A stretch of 64,000 nt of DNA from Oscillospiraceae bacterium (GCA_015063785.1 SVTM01000007.1:25665-89664); one strand, 5' to 3'. Shown: positions 27,497 to 37,490, counted from the first letter of the stretch. Numbers and translations are program-made. Notes: generated by a model not told the origin, from the letters alone.

Positions 27497-28567
27497 TTAT
27501 GCAAGCTCGTGCGAGAGGATATATCCCCTTACGTTACCGTATTCCACGGCGTACCATTCAAAATTTTCGTCGTATTCGATCGTTTGCATGCCCTCGGCAA
27601 GAGCCGCCTTGCAGATAACCGAAAGCTCTGCTCCCTTTTCAAGCACGGCAAGAACCTCGGCTTCGGGGGTGGGGGTGGCGTAGATGTGGGCGTTGTTTGT
27701 TGCCGTTGCTTTTTCAAAAATTATCTCTTGTGTCGGGATCTTATCGAAATAATATCCGTAGTCGCTCGAAAATTCAATATTTACAAAGCCTTCCTCTTCG
27801 CAAGGCATAATATCCGTGCCGATATCAATATATACGTCGGCAAATCGCATATCGTAAGAGCCGATTCCGTCGCAAGTGGCGGTTTTGATGTAACGAGTTT
27901 TCACGGCGTTTTGCTTTACGGTTTCGTAATCAATGCCAAGGGCGTCGAGATAGTCTGACGCCGCAACCTCGCAATCGTTTTTCAGATCGTAATAAAGGAA
28001 TATGTTGCGTGTGTAGCCTTCGGAATAGTAATAGCCAAGAGATTCGGTGATGGCAAGGGCAACAATGGCGTTGTCTGTGACGTCGTAGGAATAAGAATAG
28101 TTAAAAATACATTCTGTGGGCACAGGTTCGTCGGAAAAATCCTTTTCAAAGGCAAGGTCGGGGTAAATGTCAAGGATCTTTTGGTTAAAAGTTGCCACAT
28201 TGTCGCTTTGCGCTTTCAGTTGGGGGATGGAAAAGCTCGATGTAAATTCATCGCCGAAATCAAGCCCTTCCATGTCGGGCTTTGTGTTGCGCACGACGTT
28301 TATGTATTCAAAAACCACGTCGTCTTCGGTGGGCACGGGGTCTGTGCCGACGTTTTCGGGGATCTCTTCTTTTTCGTCCGTGTTTACGTTTTCGTTTTCG
28401 GTTTCTTGCTTTTCTTCTTTTTCTTCTTCCTTTTCGGTTTCGTCCTCTTTCACTTCAACCGTTTCTTTTTCTTCTTTTTCGTTTTCGGTGGTCTTCACAA
28501 AGGTGCAGGATGCGGCAAGCAGAGCGGATGCCGAAAGAAGAATACAGAACAATTTTTTTGCTGTCAT
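27497..28567 (-). CDS. Lipoprotein with Glu/Lys-rich linker and C-terminal SH3b-like domain
   Basis: Start at the ATG at 28567 (AAGGAGG RBS). Lipobox LLAASC, then a roughly 60-residue E/K-rich low-complexity linker. The C-terminus (NAHIYATPTPEAEVLAVLEKGAELSV...WYAVEYGNVRGYILSHEL) resembles bacterial SH3. Confidence 0.5.
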   Translation of the reverse strand: MTAKKLFCILLSASALLAASCTFVKTTENEKEEKETVEVKEDETEKEEEKEEKQETENENVNTDEKEEIPENVGTDPVPTEDDVVFEYINVVRNTKPDMEGLDFGDEFTSSFSIPQLKAQSDNVATFNQKILDIYPDLAFEKDFSDEPVPTECIFNYSYSYDVTDNAIVALAITESLGYYYSEGYTRNIFLYYDLKNDCEVAASDYLDALGIDYETVKQNAVKTRYIKTATCDGIGSYDMRFADVYIDIGTDIMPCEEEGFVNIEFSSDYGYYFDKIPTQEIIFEKATATNNAHIYATPTPEAEVLAVLEKGAELSVICKAALAEGMQTIEYDENFEWYAVEYGNVRGYILSHELA

Positions 28568-28583
28568 GGTAAAAACCTCCTTG

Positions 28584-29390
28584 TTAATTCGCGGAAATGC
28601 CAAAGAGCTTTTCCGCATTTTTGTGGAATATCTTTTCGTAATCCTCGTGCGAAAGTCCGAGCGACAGAAGCCTTTTGACCTCTGCCTCTGCGTCCCACAT
28701 GGGATAATCGGTGCCAAAAAGCACGCGGTCGGTGCCAAAAGCGTTGATGGCACAGCGGATCTCATCATCGGTCATGGCAAAAAAGCTGGACGAGCAATCG
28801 ACAAACAGCTTTTTGAACCCGGGAAGCTCGCGTTCTGCATCCTCCCAAACCGAATAACCGCCAAAATGTGCGCCGATGACAGTGAGGTCGGTGTAGGTTT
28901 CGAGTATCGGCACAAGCCTGTTGGGGTTTGACATATCATATCTTTTGTCGCCGGTGTGGAAAAGAATGGGCAGTCTGCCCTCGCACAGCTCGTATATTTT
29001 AAGGCAACGGTAGTCGTCGATCTTAAAGCCTTGGATATCGGGATGAAGCTTGACTCCGCGAAGTCCCAGAGATATCAGTTCTTCAACATCTGCCGCCTGA
29101 TCGGGGCTGTCGGGATGAAGAGTGCCAAGGCCTGTCATTTTTCCGCCGCTTTCGGCAACAGCCTGTGCAATGAAGCGGTTGATGGACGAAACCTGCTCGG
29201 GCTTTGTTGCCACCGACTGGACGATAAAATGGTCGATGCCGCCGCGCTCGCCCACTTCTTTCAGGGTAGATACCTTGCCGTCGTAGGTCATGGTTATATC
29301 ATAAAATTTGCCGGTGCTGAGAGATGCTTTTTCGGCGATTTTGTCGGGATATATGTGGCAGTGAGCATCTATGATCCTGTATTTGTTCAA
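28584..29390 (-). CDS. Amidohydrolase-2-family metal-dependent hydrolase (TIM barrel)
   Basis: 268 aa; IIDAHCHIYP N-terminal metal motif, LHPD, FGTDYPMWD C-terminal motif. Confidence 0.7.
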   Translation of the reverse strand: MNKYRIIDAHCHIYPDKIAEKASLSTGKFYDITMTYDGKVSTLKEVGERGGIDHFIVQSVATKPEQVSSINRFIAQAVAESGGKMTGLGTLHPDSPDQAADVEELISLGLRGVKLHPDIQGFKIDDYRCLKIYELCEGRLPILFHTGDKRYDMSNPNRLVPILETYTDLTVIGAHFGGYSVWEDAERELPGFKKLFVDCSSSFFAMTDDEIRCAINAFGTDRVLFGTDYPMWDAEAEVKRLLSLGLSHEDYEKIFHKNAEKLFGISAN

Positions 29391-29419
29391 CTTTTTTACC
29401 TCCTTTTGATTTTTTATTT

Positions 29420-29434
29420 AATTGTACTACAATT
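29420..29434. promoter_or_regulatory. Candidate LacI-family operator AATTGTA-C-TACAATT
   Basis: Perfect 7+7 inverted repeat, 30 nt upstream of the amidohydrolase start and in the divergent region shared with the LacI gene. The outer arms match the AATTGT...ACAATT ends of symmetric lac operators. Confidence 0.45.
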
Positions 29435-29479
29435 CGCCCTGCCAGTCAAGAGAAATGGTGGGATTTTTTTGCTTTCGGG

Positions 29480-29508
29480 TTGATAAACGGTGCGTTTTGT
29501 GGTAGAAT
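29480..29508 (+). promoter_or_regulatory. Sigma-A type promoter of the LacI-family gene
   Basis: TTGATA, 17 nt spacer, TAGAAT. Confidence 0.5.
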
Positions 29509-29564
29509 GGTCAAAAGTGGAGTTGGATTGGTTGCCGCAGGCAATTCACAAAGGAGAAAACACA

Positions 29565-30545
29565 ATGACATTGCAAAAAGTCGCAAAACTTGCCGGGGTG
29601 TCGGTATCCACGGCGTCAAAGGCTCTTTCTGACAGCAAAGAGGTCAGCGGTGAAACCAAAGCGCTTGTTATGAAAGCGGCGGAAGAGCTTGGATATTTTA
29701 CAAAGGTAAAAAAGCGCCGTTTTGAAAACCGCCGCCATTCCTCCTCTGTCATCGGCATAATCTGTCCGGAGATAATCAGCGTGCACTATTCCGAGCTTGT
29801 CACGGCGCTCTGTCGCAAGATCGACGAGATGGGCGGCAAGGTTTCGGTTTTTATCAGCGAATTTGATACGAAAAAACTAAAGAGTATTTTTGACAGATGC
29901 GTTTCTGAAAACGAGATAGACGGCATTCTCTGCCTTGAGGGTGGGGAAATGCCTTTTGAAACGCTTGATTATCCCATTCCTGTCGTGTATCTGAGCAATT
30001 GCGGCAGATACAGCGTACACACCGATATGCGCGACGGCATTTACAAGGCGGTGGCGCACTTTGTCGAAATGGGACACAAAAAAATCGGCTTTGCAGGCGA
30101 GCCGCTTACCGTAATAAAGCAGGAGTGGTTTAAGCAAGCCATGGAAGATATGACGGGATCGTTTGACGAAAAGCTGATCTTTTGCGAAGAAGGGCGTTTT
30201 GAACAGTCGGGCCATGCGGCAGGGATGCGGATTGTCGGACTTGAAAAGAAGGACCGCCCCACGGCTATCCTTTGTGCATACGACGAGATCGCCTATGGGC
30301 TTATGCGCGTTTTGCGCGAAAACTTTTTGCGTATTCCCGATGACATTTCGGTTATCGGCATAAACGACATTCCCACCTCGCGTTTTCTCGACACCCCCCT
30401 CACCAGCGTTCGCAACGATACCGAAAAGATCGTGGAAAAAGCCATGGAAATGCTGCTTTTGCAGCTTTCGGGCGAAAAAACGGGCGAAATGCACCTTGCC
30501 GTTCCTTGCGAGCTTGCCGTGCGTTCAAGCGTTGCCAAAATATAA
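29565..30545 (+). CDS. LacI/GalR-family transcriptional regulator
   Basis: Start at the ATG at 29565 (AAAGGAG RBS). HTH MTLQKVAKLAGVSVSTASKALS followed by a periplasmic-binding-protein-like sugar-binding core. Confidence 0.85.
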   Translation: MTLQKVAKLAGVSVSTASKALSDSKEVSGETKALVMKAAEELGYFTKVKKRRFENRRHSSSVIGIICPEIISVHYSELVTALCRKIDEMGGKVSVFISEFDTKKLKSIFDRCVSENEIDGILCLEGGEMPFETLDYPIPVVYLSNCGRYSVHTDMRDGIYKAVAHFVEMGHKKIGFAGEPLTVIKQEWFKQAMEDMTGSFDEKLIFCEEGRFEQSGHAAGMRIVGLEKKDRPTAILCAYDEIAYGLMRVLRENFLRIPDDISVIGINDIPTSRFLDTPLTSVRNDTEKIVEKAMEMLLLQLSGEKTGEMHLAVPCELAVRSSVAKI

Positions 30546-30646
30546 GAGCATTTTTTGCAACGATTCGAGTATTTTTTGCACTGTACATTGCAAATAGTTT
30601 TTAATATAATAGACAATAAGAGTTTCATAAGGGAGAGTGTTTTTCG

Positions 30647-31423
30647 ATGCTGCTTGATGTGTGCGGCGAAAAACTGAATATTGAATATATCGACGAGGGG
30701 CAGGGGGATGTTGTGCTGCTTCTGCACGGCTGGGGGGCACGTGCTTCCACCTACCGCTGCATCATCGATATGCTTACCCCCCATTTTCGTGTGGTTGCCC
30801 CCGATATGCCGGGTTTTGGCGGATCGGATGAGCCGTCGTTTGCCTATACGGCAGAAAACTATGCCGATTTCGTCGCCGCCTTTTGCAGAGCGCTCGGTAT
30901 AAAAAAAGCTGTCCTTATCGGTCATTCCCACGGGGGAAGAACCATAATAAAGCTTGTAACTTCCGACAAAACCTCTCTTGAAGTGCCAAAAATCGTCCTT
31001 TTTGACAGCGCGGGACTTATCCGAAAAAAGAGCTTTTCGCAAAAGTTCAAGATCGCAAAATTCAAGATCGCCAAAAGGATATTTGGCACAAAGCTCGGCG
31101 AAAAATTTTTCCCCGACCTTATCGAAAAAATGCGCAAAAAGAATGGATCTGCCGACTATGCGGCGGCGTCGCCCATCATGCGCAAAAGCATGGTTTGTGT
31201 GATCAACGAGGATCTTTCGGAAAATCTTTCAAAAATTTCTGTCCCCACCCTTCTTATCTGGGGCGACAAGGACACCGATACTCCCATGTATCAGGCAAAA
31301 AAGATGGAAAGCACAATCCCCGATTGCGGACTTGTCACCATTCCCGGCGGCGGACATTTTTCGTTCCTCACCGATCCGGTGCTGACAAGAAACGTGCTTT
31401 ATTCCTTTTTAAACGTAAAATAA
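30647..31423 (+). CDS. Alpha/beta-fold hydrolase
   Basis: 258 aa; HGWG oxyanion region, nucleophile elbow GHSHGG, C-terminal GGHF. Confidence 0.7.
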   Translation: MLLDVCGEKLNIEYIDEGQGDVVLLLHGWGARASTYRCIIDMLTPHFRVVAPDMPGFGGSDEPSFAYTAENYADFVAAFCRALGIKKAVLIGHSHGGRTIIKLVTSDKTSLEVPKIVLFDSAGLIRKKSFSQKFKIAKFKIAKRIFGTKLGEKFFPDLIEKMRKKNGSADYAAASPIMRKSMVCVINEDLSENLSKISVPTLLIWGDKDTDTPMYQAKKMESTIPDCGLVTIPGGGHFSFLTDPVLTRNVLYSFLNVK

Positions 31424-31440
31424 AGCTTTTGAGGTGAAAA

Positions 31441-32979
31441 ATGAACTACAAAGGACTAATATACATCGCCTTTGCCGCCGCGGCATTTGCTTTTGCGCTG
31501 TTGAACCGCGTGCATATGTTCCAGCTTAATGCGTACAAATACACTTTTCACAAGGATTGGATAAAGAGCAATTTTGTCTCTCTTGCGGCAAAAGCCGCAC
31601 TTCCTGCCATATCGTTTGGTATGTGCTTTATCCCCACCGATTGGGCATTGTACGCAGCAATTGTTCCGAATATTGTTTTTCTTCTTTTAAATCTTCCCAA
31701 AAAAGCCAAAAAACCCCTTGTTTTCACCGCCCGTGTAAAAAGGCTTGTTGTCATGTGCATCTTTCTTTTTGCTCTTACTTGCGGTGTATCAAACGTCTTT
31801 AATATATTTGTCTGTCAAATCGCGCTTTTTGTTCCCTCTTTTTTGATGCTTTTTGCAAATATTCTCAACCGCCCTGCCGAAAACGCGGTGAGAAGAAAGT
31901 ATATCAACGAAGCAAAGCGCAAAATCGCGTCACTTCCCAACCTTGTCGTCATCGGCATTACGGGAAGCTACGGCAAGACCGGCACAAAATATATTCTTGA
32001 AAAGCTTCTTTCCGAAAAATACAACGTTCTCATGACGCCTGCCAGCTACAACACCACCATGGGCGTTGTAAAGGTGGTGCGCGAAAATCTGACAGCGGCA
32101 CACGATATTTTTATCTGCGAAATGGGCGCAAGATCGCGCGGCGAGATCAAAGAAATTTGTGACATCGTAAAGCCGAAATACGGCATCATCACCTCGATCG
32201 GCCCATGCCATCTTGAAACCTTCGGAAGCATTGAAAACATTGTAAAAACAAAGTTCGAGCTGTGCGATGCTCTGCCCGATGACGGCATCATTTTCCTCAA
32301 TGCCGACAACGAGCATATTGCAAACAAAACCGATATCACCAAAAAAGCCGTATATTACGGCATTGAAAACCGCGAAAAAGCGACGTTTTCTGCCGAAAAC
32401 TTTGCCCTTTCGGAAAACGGCACTTCGTTTGACGCCATCTTTGGCGATGAAAAAGTGCGCCTTTGCACAAAGCTTCTCGGTGCGCACAACATTGTCAACA
32501 TTCTCGGCTGTGTCGCTGTGGCAAAAACGCTGGGGGTAGAAAACGCATCTTTGGTGCTCGGCACAAGGCGGGTTGAGGGTGCTCCCCACAGACTTTCGCT
32601 GATAAAGGGTGCGGGCTTTGTTATTATCGACGATTCTTTCAATTCCAACCCTTCGGGCTCTCGGGCGGCGCTTGACGTTCTTTCGGGCTTTGACGGGCAG
32701 AAAACAATCATCACCCCCGGCATGATCGAGCTTGGCGAAAAGCAGGATGAGCTGAACGAGGCACTTGGAGAATATGCCGCAAAAATCTGCGATTTCATCT
32801 TTCTTGTGGGCGAAAAGCAAACAAGAAGCATAAAAAAAGGCGCACTTGATGCCGGCTTTGACAAAGAAAAGCTTGTGGTGTTTGAGCGCGTTGAAGATGC
32901 GATAAACGCCGCCAAGGCATTGCCTTGCAGCAGCCGCAACTGTATTCTTATCGAAAACGATCTTCCCGACAATTTTTAA
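31441..32979 (+). CDS. Mur-ligase family protein (MurF-like) with an N-terminal four-helix membrane domain
   Basis: 512 aa. The first roughly 150 residues are hydrophobic helices, followed by the Mur ligase P-loop GITGSYGKTGTK and central/C-terminal domains (DDSFNSNP, PGMIELG). Confidence 0.65.
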   Translation: MNYKGLIYIAFAAAAFAFALLNRVHMFQLNAYKYTFHKDWIKSNFVSLAAKAALPAISFGMCFIPTDWALYAAIVPNIVFLLLNLPKKAKKPLVFTARVKRLVVMCIFLFALTCGVSNVFNIFVCQIALFVPSFLMLFANILNRPAENAVRRKYINEAKRKIASLPNLVVIGITGSYGKTGTKYILEKLLSEKYNVLMTPASYNTTMGVVKVVRENLTAAHDIFICEMGARSRGEIKEICDIVKPKYGIITSIGPCHLETFGSIENIVKTKFELCDALPDDGIIFLNADNEHIANKTDITKKAVYYGIENREKATFSAENFALSENGTSFDAIFGDEKVRLCTKLLGAHNIVNILGCVAVAKTLGVENASLVLGTRRVEGAPHRLSLIKGAGFVIIDDSFNSNPSGSRAALDVLSGFDGQKTIITPGMIELGEKQDELNEALGEYAAKICDFIFLVGEKQTRSIKKGALDAGFDKEKLVVFERVEDAINAAKALPCSSRNCILIENDLPDNF

Positions 32980-32996
32980 TTTTACAGGAGAAAACT

Positions 32997-34202
32997 ATGG
33001 CACTGAAAGTAAAGGTCGGAGTTATCTTCGGCGGAAAAAGCGTGGAGCATGAGGTCTCGATAATTTCGGGATTGCAGGCACTTAAAAATCTCAACACCGA
33101 AAAATACGAGCCCCGCGCCATATATATCAATAAAAAGGGCGAAATGTACACCGGCGACGAGCTTTGTGAGATAAAGAATTTTGCAGGCAACATCGACGCT
33201 TTGTGCGCAAAAAGCACCCGTGTGACGATTGTAAACGACGGCGGAAAGATAAATCTTGTCCGTTATCCTGCAAAGGCTTTTGGCAAAAACGTCATTGATT
33301 ACATAGACGTGGCACTGCCTGTGGTACACGGCACAAACGTCGAGGACGGCACCCTTGCGGGATTTTTGCATTCGATCTCCTGTCCGTATGCAGGATGTGA
33401 CATTCTTTCGTCGGCGCTTGGCATGGATAAATATGCCGCGAAGGTCGTGATGAAAGCAGCAGGGCTTCCTGTGCTTGACTGTGTTGTCTTTTCGCGCCGC
33501 GAGTACGCGCTTGGCGTTGATGCCACCATCGAAAAGATCGAGGCGGCAACCAGATATCCCGTCATTGTAAAGCCCGTAAATCTTGGCTCGAGCGTTGGTA
33601 TCAAAAAGGCAAAGGACAGAGCTGCCCTTGCCGATGCCCTTGAATATGCCTTTGAATTTGCCGACAGAGTGCTGGTGGAAAACGCCGTTGTCAATATGCG
33701 CGAGATCAATTGCTCGGTGCTGGGCGACAAGGACGGCGCACGCGCATCCGAATGTGAAGAGCCGATAAACCACGACGAAATTTTAAGCTATGCCGACAAA
33801 TACCTTGCAGGCGGAAAAAGCGGCAGCAAGGGTGGCACAAAGAGCGCAGGTATGGCGGATACAAAGAGACTTTTGCCTGCTCCCATTTCGGCAGAAATGA
33901 AAGAAAAAATTCAAAATTATGCTGTCGGAGCTTTTCTGTCGCTCGGTTGTTCGGGCGTTTCAAGAGTCGATTTTCTTATCGATAAGGACACCGACGAAAT
34001 CTTTATCAACGAGATCAATACCATCCCCGGTTCTCTGTCGTTTTATCTGTGGGAGGCAACAGGACTCAAATATCCCGAGCTTCTCGACGAGATAATCCGC
34101 CTGGCGCTGAAGCGCGAGCGCGAGGAGGGAAAGATAAACTATTCCTTCGATACCAATATCCTTTCGGGCGTTTCTTTTGGCGGAGCCAAGGGAAAAGCGT
34201 GA
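32997..34202 (+). CDS. ddl: D-alanine--D-alanine ligase (long form)
   Basis: Start at the ATG at 32997. GVIFGGKSVEHEVSIISG, HGTNVEDGTLAGFL, ATP-grasp core, EINTIPG. Gly/Lys/Ser-rich insertion after the YADKY omega-loop motif. Confidence 0.85.
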   Translation: MALKVKVGVIFGGKSVEHEVSIISGLQALKNLNTEKYEPRAIYINKKGEMYTGDELCEIKNFAGNIDALCAKSTRVTIVNDGGKINLVRYPAKAFGKNVIDYIDVALPVVHGTNVEDGTLAGFLHSISCPYAGCDILSSALGMDKYAAKVVMKAAGLPVLDCVVFSRREYALGVDATIEKIEAATRYPVIVKPVNLGSSVGIKKAKDRAALADALEYAFEFADRVLVENAVVNMREINCSVLGDKDGARASECEEPINHDEILSYADKYLAGGKSGSKGGTKSAGMADTKRLLPAPISAEMKEKIQNYAVGAFLSLGCSGVSRVDFLIDKDTDEIFINEINTIPGSLSFYLWEATGLKYPELLDEIIRLALKREREEGKINYSFDTNILSGVSFGGAKGKA

Positions 34203-34223
34203 GGGATCCTCTGTAATAAAAAA

Positions 34224-34260
34224 GCCGACCACTCTTTTTAAAAAGGGTGGTCGGTTTTTG
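34224..34260 (+). terminator. Rho-independent terminator of ddl
   Basis: GCCGACCAC...GTGGTCGGT hairpin followed by TTTTTG. Confidence 0.6.
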
Positions 34261-34261
34261 T

Positions 34262-34465
34262 GTGGGTCTCCATATAAATCCCGCACCCAATGATAAAGTT
34301 TCGGTCCACCCTTTTCAAAGGGTGGCGGATTCCAAATCAATGATAAAAATCCCAACCGTAGGGGCGAACTGCGTTCGCCCGTTTTTGCCATCGGTTAAAT
34401 TCCATACAAAACGGCAGGAGCAAGCCCCTGCCCTACGATAAGGGCGGGAGGCTTTTATTGAAATA
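34262..34465. repeat. Mosaic hairpin repeat, locus C (module II fragment, III, IV, I fragment)
   Basis: Contains CCACCCTTttcAAAGGGTGG, gtaGGGGCGAACtgcGTTCGCCC and GGCAGGagcaagccCCTGCC units separated by CATTGAT/ATCAATG-like junctions. Confidence 0.8.
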
Positions 34466-34485
34466 TAGATCGTTTGCACCAAAAA

Positions 34486-35376
34486 TCATATCATGGGTGT
34501 TTTGTAATATGCGTTTTTCATACATTCGTCGATGTTGGGCACACCAAATGCCTTGTAGGGCATCTTTTGGGTGCACGCCTTGTAATTTTCGACAAAATCG
34601 GCATAGGTAAGGTCGCGTCTTGTGATGGTGTTGGGGGTTTTAAGCTCGATCTCGTACATAAAAGGCCCTGCGTATCCCACGTCTTCAAGGGCGTCCACAA
34701 TCGCCACCCAATCGTTCTTTCCCTCATAGGGCAACCAATGGCGCTCGTTAAGAAAATCATAGTCCGAAACGTGAAGGGTTACAATCTTGTCGCCCAAAGC
34801 TTTGATAAAATCCACGTTTTTCTCGGTGAGCAGGTGGTTTGTATCAAGGCAAACGCGAAGCTTGTCGTTAAGCGCGATCAGCTTTTTTATATCGTCCGAA
34901 CAGTTGCCAAGGCAGGTGCGGGGCAGATCCTCAACGGCAATTCTCATTCCGCATTTTGCGGCGCTTTCCGCAAGCTCGGCAAGAGATTCGGCACCGACCT
35001 TTATAAGCTCCTCACGCTCGTTTTCGGCGTAGGGTTCGGCACTGGGGTGGATGACGGCGGTTTTTATTCCGATGTCGGCGCCGCGCTTGATGTAATTTTC
35101 GGTAAGAAACTCTATGCTGCGGTTTCTTAACTTTGTGTCGTTTGTGGCGATATTAAGAGTTTCAAAGGGATAAAAGGGCAGATGCAAGGACCAGAGCTCA
35201 ACCCCGGAATCTCGGGAAAGTGCCAGGGTGTTTTTCCAATCGACGGGGGAGTGCTCGTTACCGAGAGATACCTCCATGCAGGAAATTCCGTTTGCGGCAT
35301 AGCCGTCAAAGGTTTCTTTGTCAAGATTTCCTGTCGAACAGGAAGACATACCAAGTTTCCATTCTGTTGCTTTCAT
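34486..35376 (-). CDS. Sugar phosphate isomerase/epimerase (xylose isomerase-like TIM barrel)
   Basis: Start at the ATG at 35376 (GAGAGGA RBS). Features typical of the AP_endonuc_2 fold: AVIHPS, AVEDLP, LDTNH, HVSDY. Confidence 0.65.
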   Translation of the reverse strand: MKATEWKLGMSSCSTGNLDKETFDGYAANGISCMEVSLGNEHSPVDWKNTLALSRDSGVELWSLHLPFYPFETLNIATNDTKLRNRSIEFLTENYIKRGADIGIKTAVIHPSAEPYAENEREELIKVGAESLAELAESAAKCGMRIAVEDLPRTCLGNCSDDIKKLIALNDKLRVCLDTNHLLTEKNVDFIKALGDKIVTLHVSDYDFLNERHWLPYEGKNDWVAIVDALEDVGYAGPFMYEIELKTPNTITRRDLTYADFVENYKACTQKMPYKAFGVPNIDECMKNAYYKTPMI

Positions 35377-35390
35377 GATTTTTTGTCCTC

Positions 35391-37490
35391 TCATATATTT
35401 TTTTGTTTTTTTGCGTTTATTTCGTCTGCAAGCTTTTTTGTTTCTTCGATCAACTTCATATCTGCGGCAAGGTCGGCGATCTTAAAGGCAAGCTCGCCGT
35501 GCTGGCGTTTTCCAAAGAAATCGCCGGGACCGCGCATTTCAAGATCGTATTCCGAGATCTTGAATCCGCTTTCGTTTTCGCACATAATATTAAATCGCTT
35601 TTCGGCAGGATTTGCGCCGTCGGCAAGCTTTCCGCGGATGATGGGCGACATAAGCACGCAATAGGATTTGTGCACCCCTCTGCCCACTCGACCGCGCAGC
35701 TGATGCAGCTGGGAAAGTCCGAAGCGTTCGGCGTTTTCGATCACCATAAGGGCAGCGTTGGGCACGTTGACACCCACCTCGATAACGGTGGTCGAAACGA
35801 GAATGTCGGTTTTGCCGTCTGAAAAGGCACGCATGATCTTGTCCTTTTCGGCAGGCTTCATTTTGCCGTGGACAAAATCTATGCGAAGCTTTGGGAAAAT
35901 CTCGCTTTTCAGCTTTTCGCAATACTCGGCGGCAGATTTAAGCCCCGATTCATACATCTCTTCCGAAAGTTCTTCGTTCATGTTTTGTGCCAAAGGGCAG
36001 ACGATATAGCATTGACGCCCCTCGCAAACCAGCTTTTCGATGAATTTATATATTCTTTCGCGCATACTTTCGCCCACGGCAAAGGTATCCACCTTTTGAC
36101 GTCCCGGGGGCAGCTCGTCGATGATGCTGATGTCAAGATCGCCGTAAAGAATAAGGGCAAGGGTACGCGGTATTGGGGTTGCCGACATAACGAGCATATG
36201 GGGCACGACATTTTTTCCGTCGTCGGAAATTGCCGTTTTGCCCGACAGCTTGTCGCGCTGTTTCACACCAAAGCGGTGCTGCTCGTCGGTTATGGCAAGG
36301 CCCGGGGTTTTGAATACCACGCTGTCCTCAATAAGGGCGTGGGTGCCGATGATCAGGTCGATCTTTCCGTCGGCAAGGGCGGAAAGGATCTTTTTCTTTT
36401 CAGAAGCTTTTGTGCTTCCCGTCAAAAGTGCCGTGGCAATGCGGTGCTTTTCCATAAGCGGCAAAAGCGAGGCATAATGCTGCTCGGCAAGGATTTCTGT
36501 CGGCACCATAAGGGATGCCTGAGCTCGGTTTTTGACACAGGCGTATATCGCCGCGGCGGCAACAATGGTTTTGCCGCTGCCCACGTCGCCCTGTACCAGA
36601 CGGCGCATGGGTTGAGTGTATTCGCGCAATATCTGCGGCTCGGTTTGCACGTCGCTTCGCGTCATGTCATAGATAATGTTTTCGACGGCGTTTTTTTGTG
36701 CCCCTGTGAGGGTATAGTCAAGGCTGTCGAAAAAGGGAGTCATGTCGGGACGGAAAAATTTGAAAGACCTGCCGTTTTTGTTGCGGTTTTTAAGAGCTCG
36801 CAGGCGCAGCTGGAAGAGCAAAAGCTCTTCAAAGGCAAGCCTTTTTCGAGCTTCCTTCATTTTTGCGTCGTCGGTGGGAAAATGAATGGCGCAAAGAGCG
36901 TCGTAAAGTCCCATGAGGTCGTATTTTTTTATGATGTCTGTCGGCAGACTTTCCACGTTTTTGTATGCTTCAAGAGCCTGCTTTACCAGCATCGAAAGCA
37001 TCTTGCAGGTGATGCCCTTGGTCAGGGGATATATGGGCACAAGGTTGTCAAGGGTGGCGTTTGTGTAATATGGCTCGTATGCAGGCGAGAGCATCTGGGG
37101 AGAAAGAAAACTGCCCCCCACCATGCCGTAAAATCTGAATTTTCTGCCTGTAACAAGGGTGGTTTTCAAAAAATCGCGGTTGAAAAAGGTGATGTGGACG
37201 CTTCCCGTTTCGTCGTGGGCTGTCACCTTTTGCACCGTCATGGCACGCCCCTTTTTTGACGAGATGCGCGTGCTTGACAGGGGAGAGGATATTTCGAGTA
37301 TGCAGGAGGCCACCTCGCCCGGCGAAAGCTCGCAGACCTTTTTGGTCATGCCGCGGTTTTCGTAGCCGCGCGGATAATGCCGCACAAGATCGTCGACAGT
37401 GCAGATCTCGAGGTTTGCAAGAAGTTTTGCCCTTGCTTCGCTGACACCGTAGAGTTTTGTTACCGAATCGTTTGGGGTAAATGACGGCAT
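35391..37490 (-). CDS. recG: ATP-dependent DNA helicase RecG
   Basis: Start at the ATG at 37490 (AAAGGAGG RBS). Wedge domain followed by helicase motifs GDVGSGKT, DEQHRFGV, MSATPIPRT, QLHQLRGRVGRG. Confidence 0.95.
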   Translation of the reverse strand: MPSFTPNDSVTKLYGVSEARAKLLANLEICTVDDLVRHYPRGYENRGMTKKVCELSPGEVASCILEISSPLSSTRISSKKGRAMTVQKVTAHDETGSVHITFFNRDFLKTTLVTGRKFRFYGMVGGSFLSPQMLSPAYEPYYTNATLDNLVPIYPLTKGITCKMLSMLVKQALEAYKNVESLPTDIIKKYDLMGLYDALCAIHFPTDDAKMKEARKRLAFEELLLFQLRLRALKNRNKNGRSFKFFRPDMTPFFDSLDYTLTGAQKNAVENIIYDMTRSDVQTEPQILREYTQPMRRLVQGDVGSGKTIVAAAAIYACVKNRAQASLMVPTEILAEQHYASLLPLMEKHRIATALLTGSTKASEKKKILSALADGKIDLIIGTHALIEDSVVFKTPGLAITDEQHRFGVKQRDKLSGKTAISDDGKNVVPHMLVMSATPIPRTLALILYGDLDISIIDELPPGRQKVDTFAVGESMRERIYKFIEKLVCEGRQCYIVCPLAQNMNEELSEEMYESGLKSAAEYCEKLKSEIFPKLRIDFVHGKMKPAEKDKIMRAFSDGKTDILVSTTVIEVGVNVPNAALMVIENAERFGLSQLHQLRGRVGRGVHKSYCVLMSPIIRGKLADGANPAEKRFNIMCENESGFKISEYDLEMRGPGDFFGKRQHGELAFKIADLAADMKLIEETKKLADEINAKKQKNI

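Noticed and set aside
35868-37259. 463 aa plus-strand ORF
   Set aside because: It is antisense to recG, whose helicase motifs are unambiguous.
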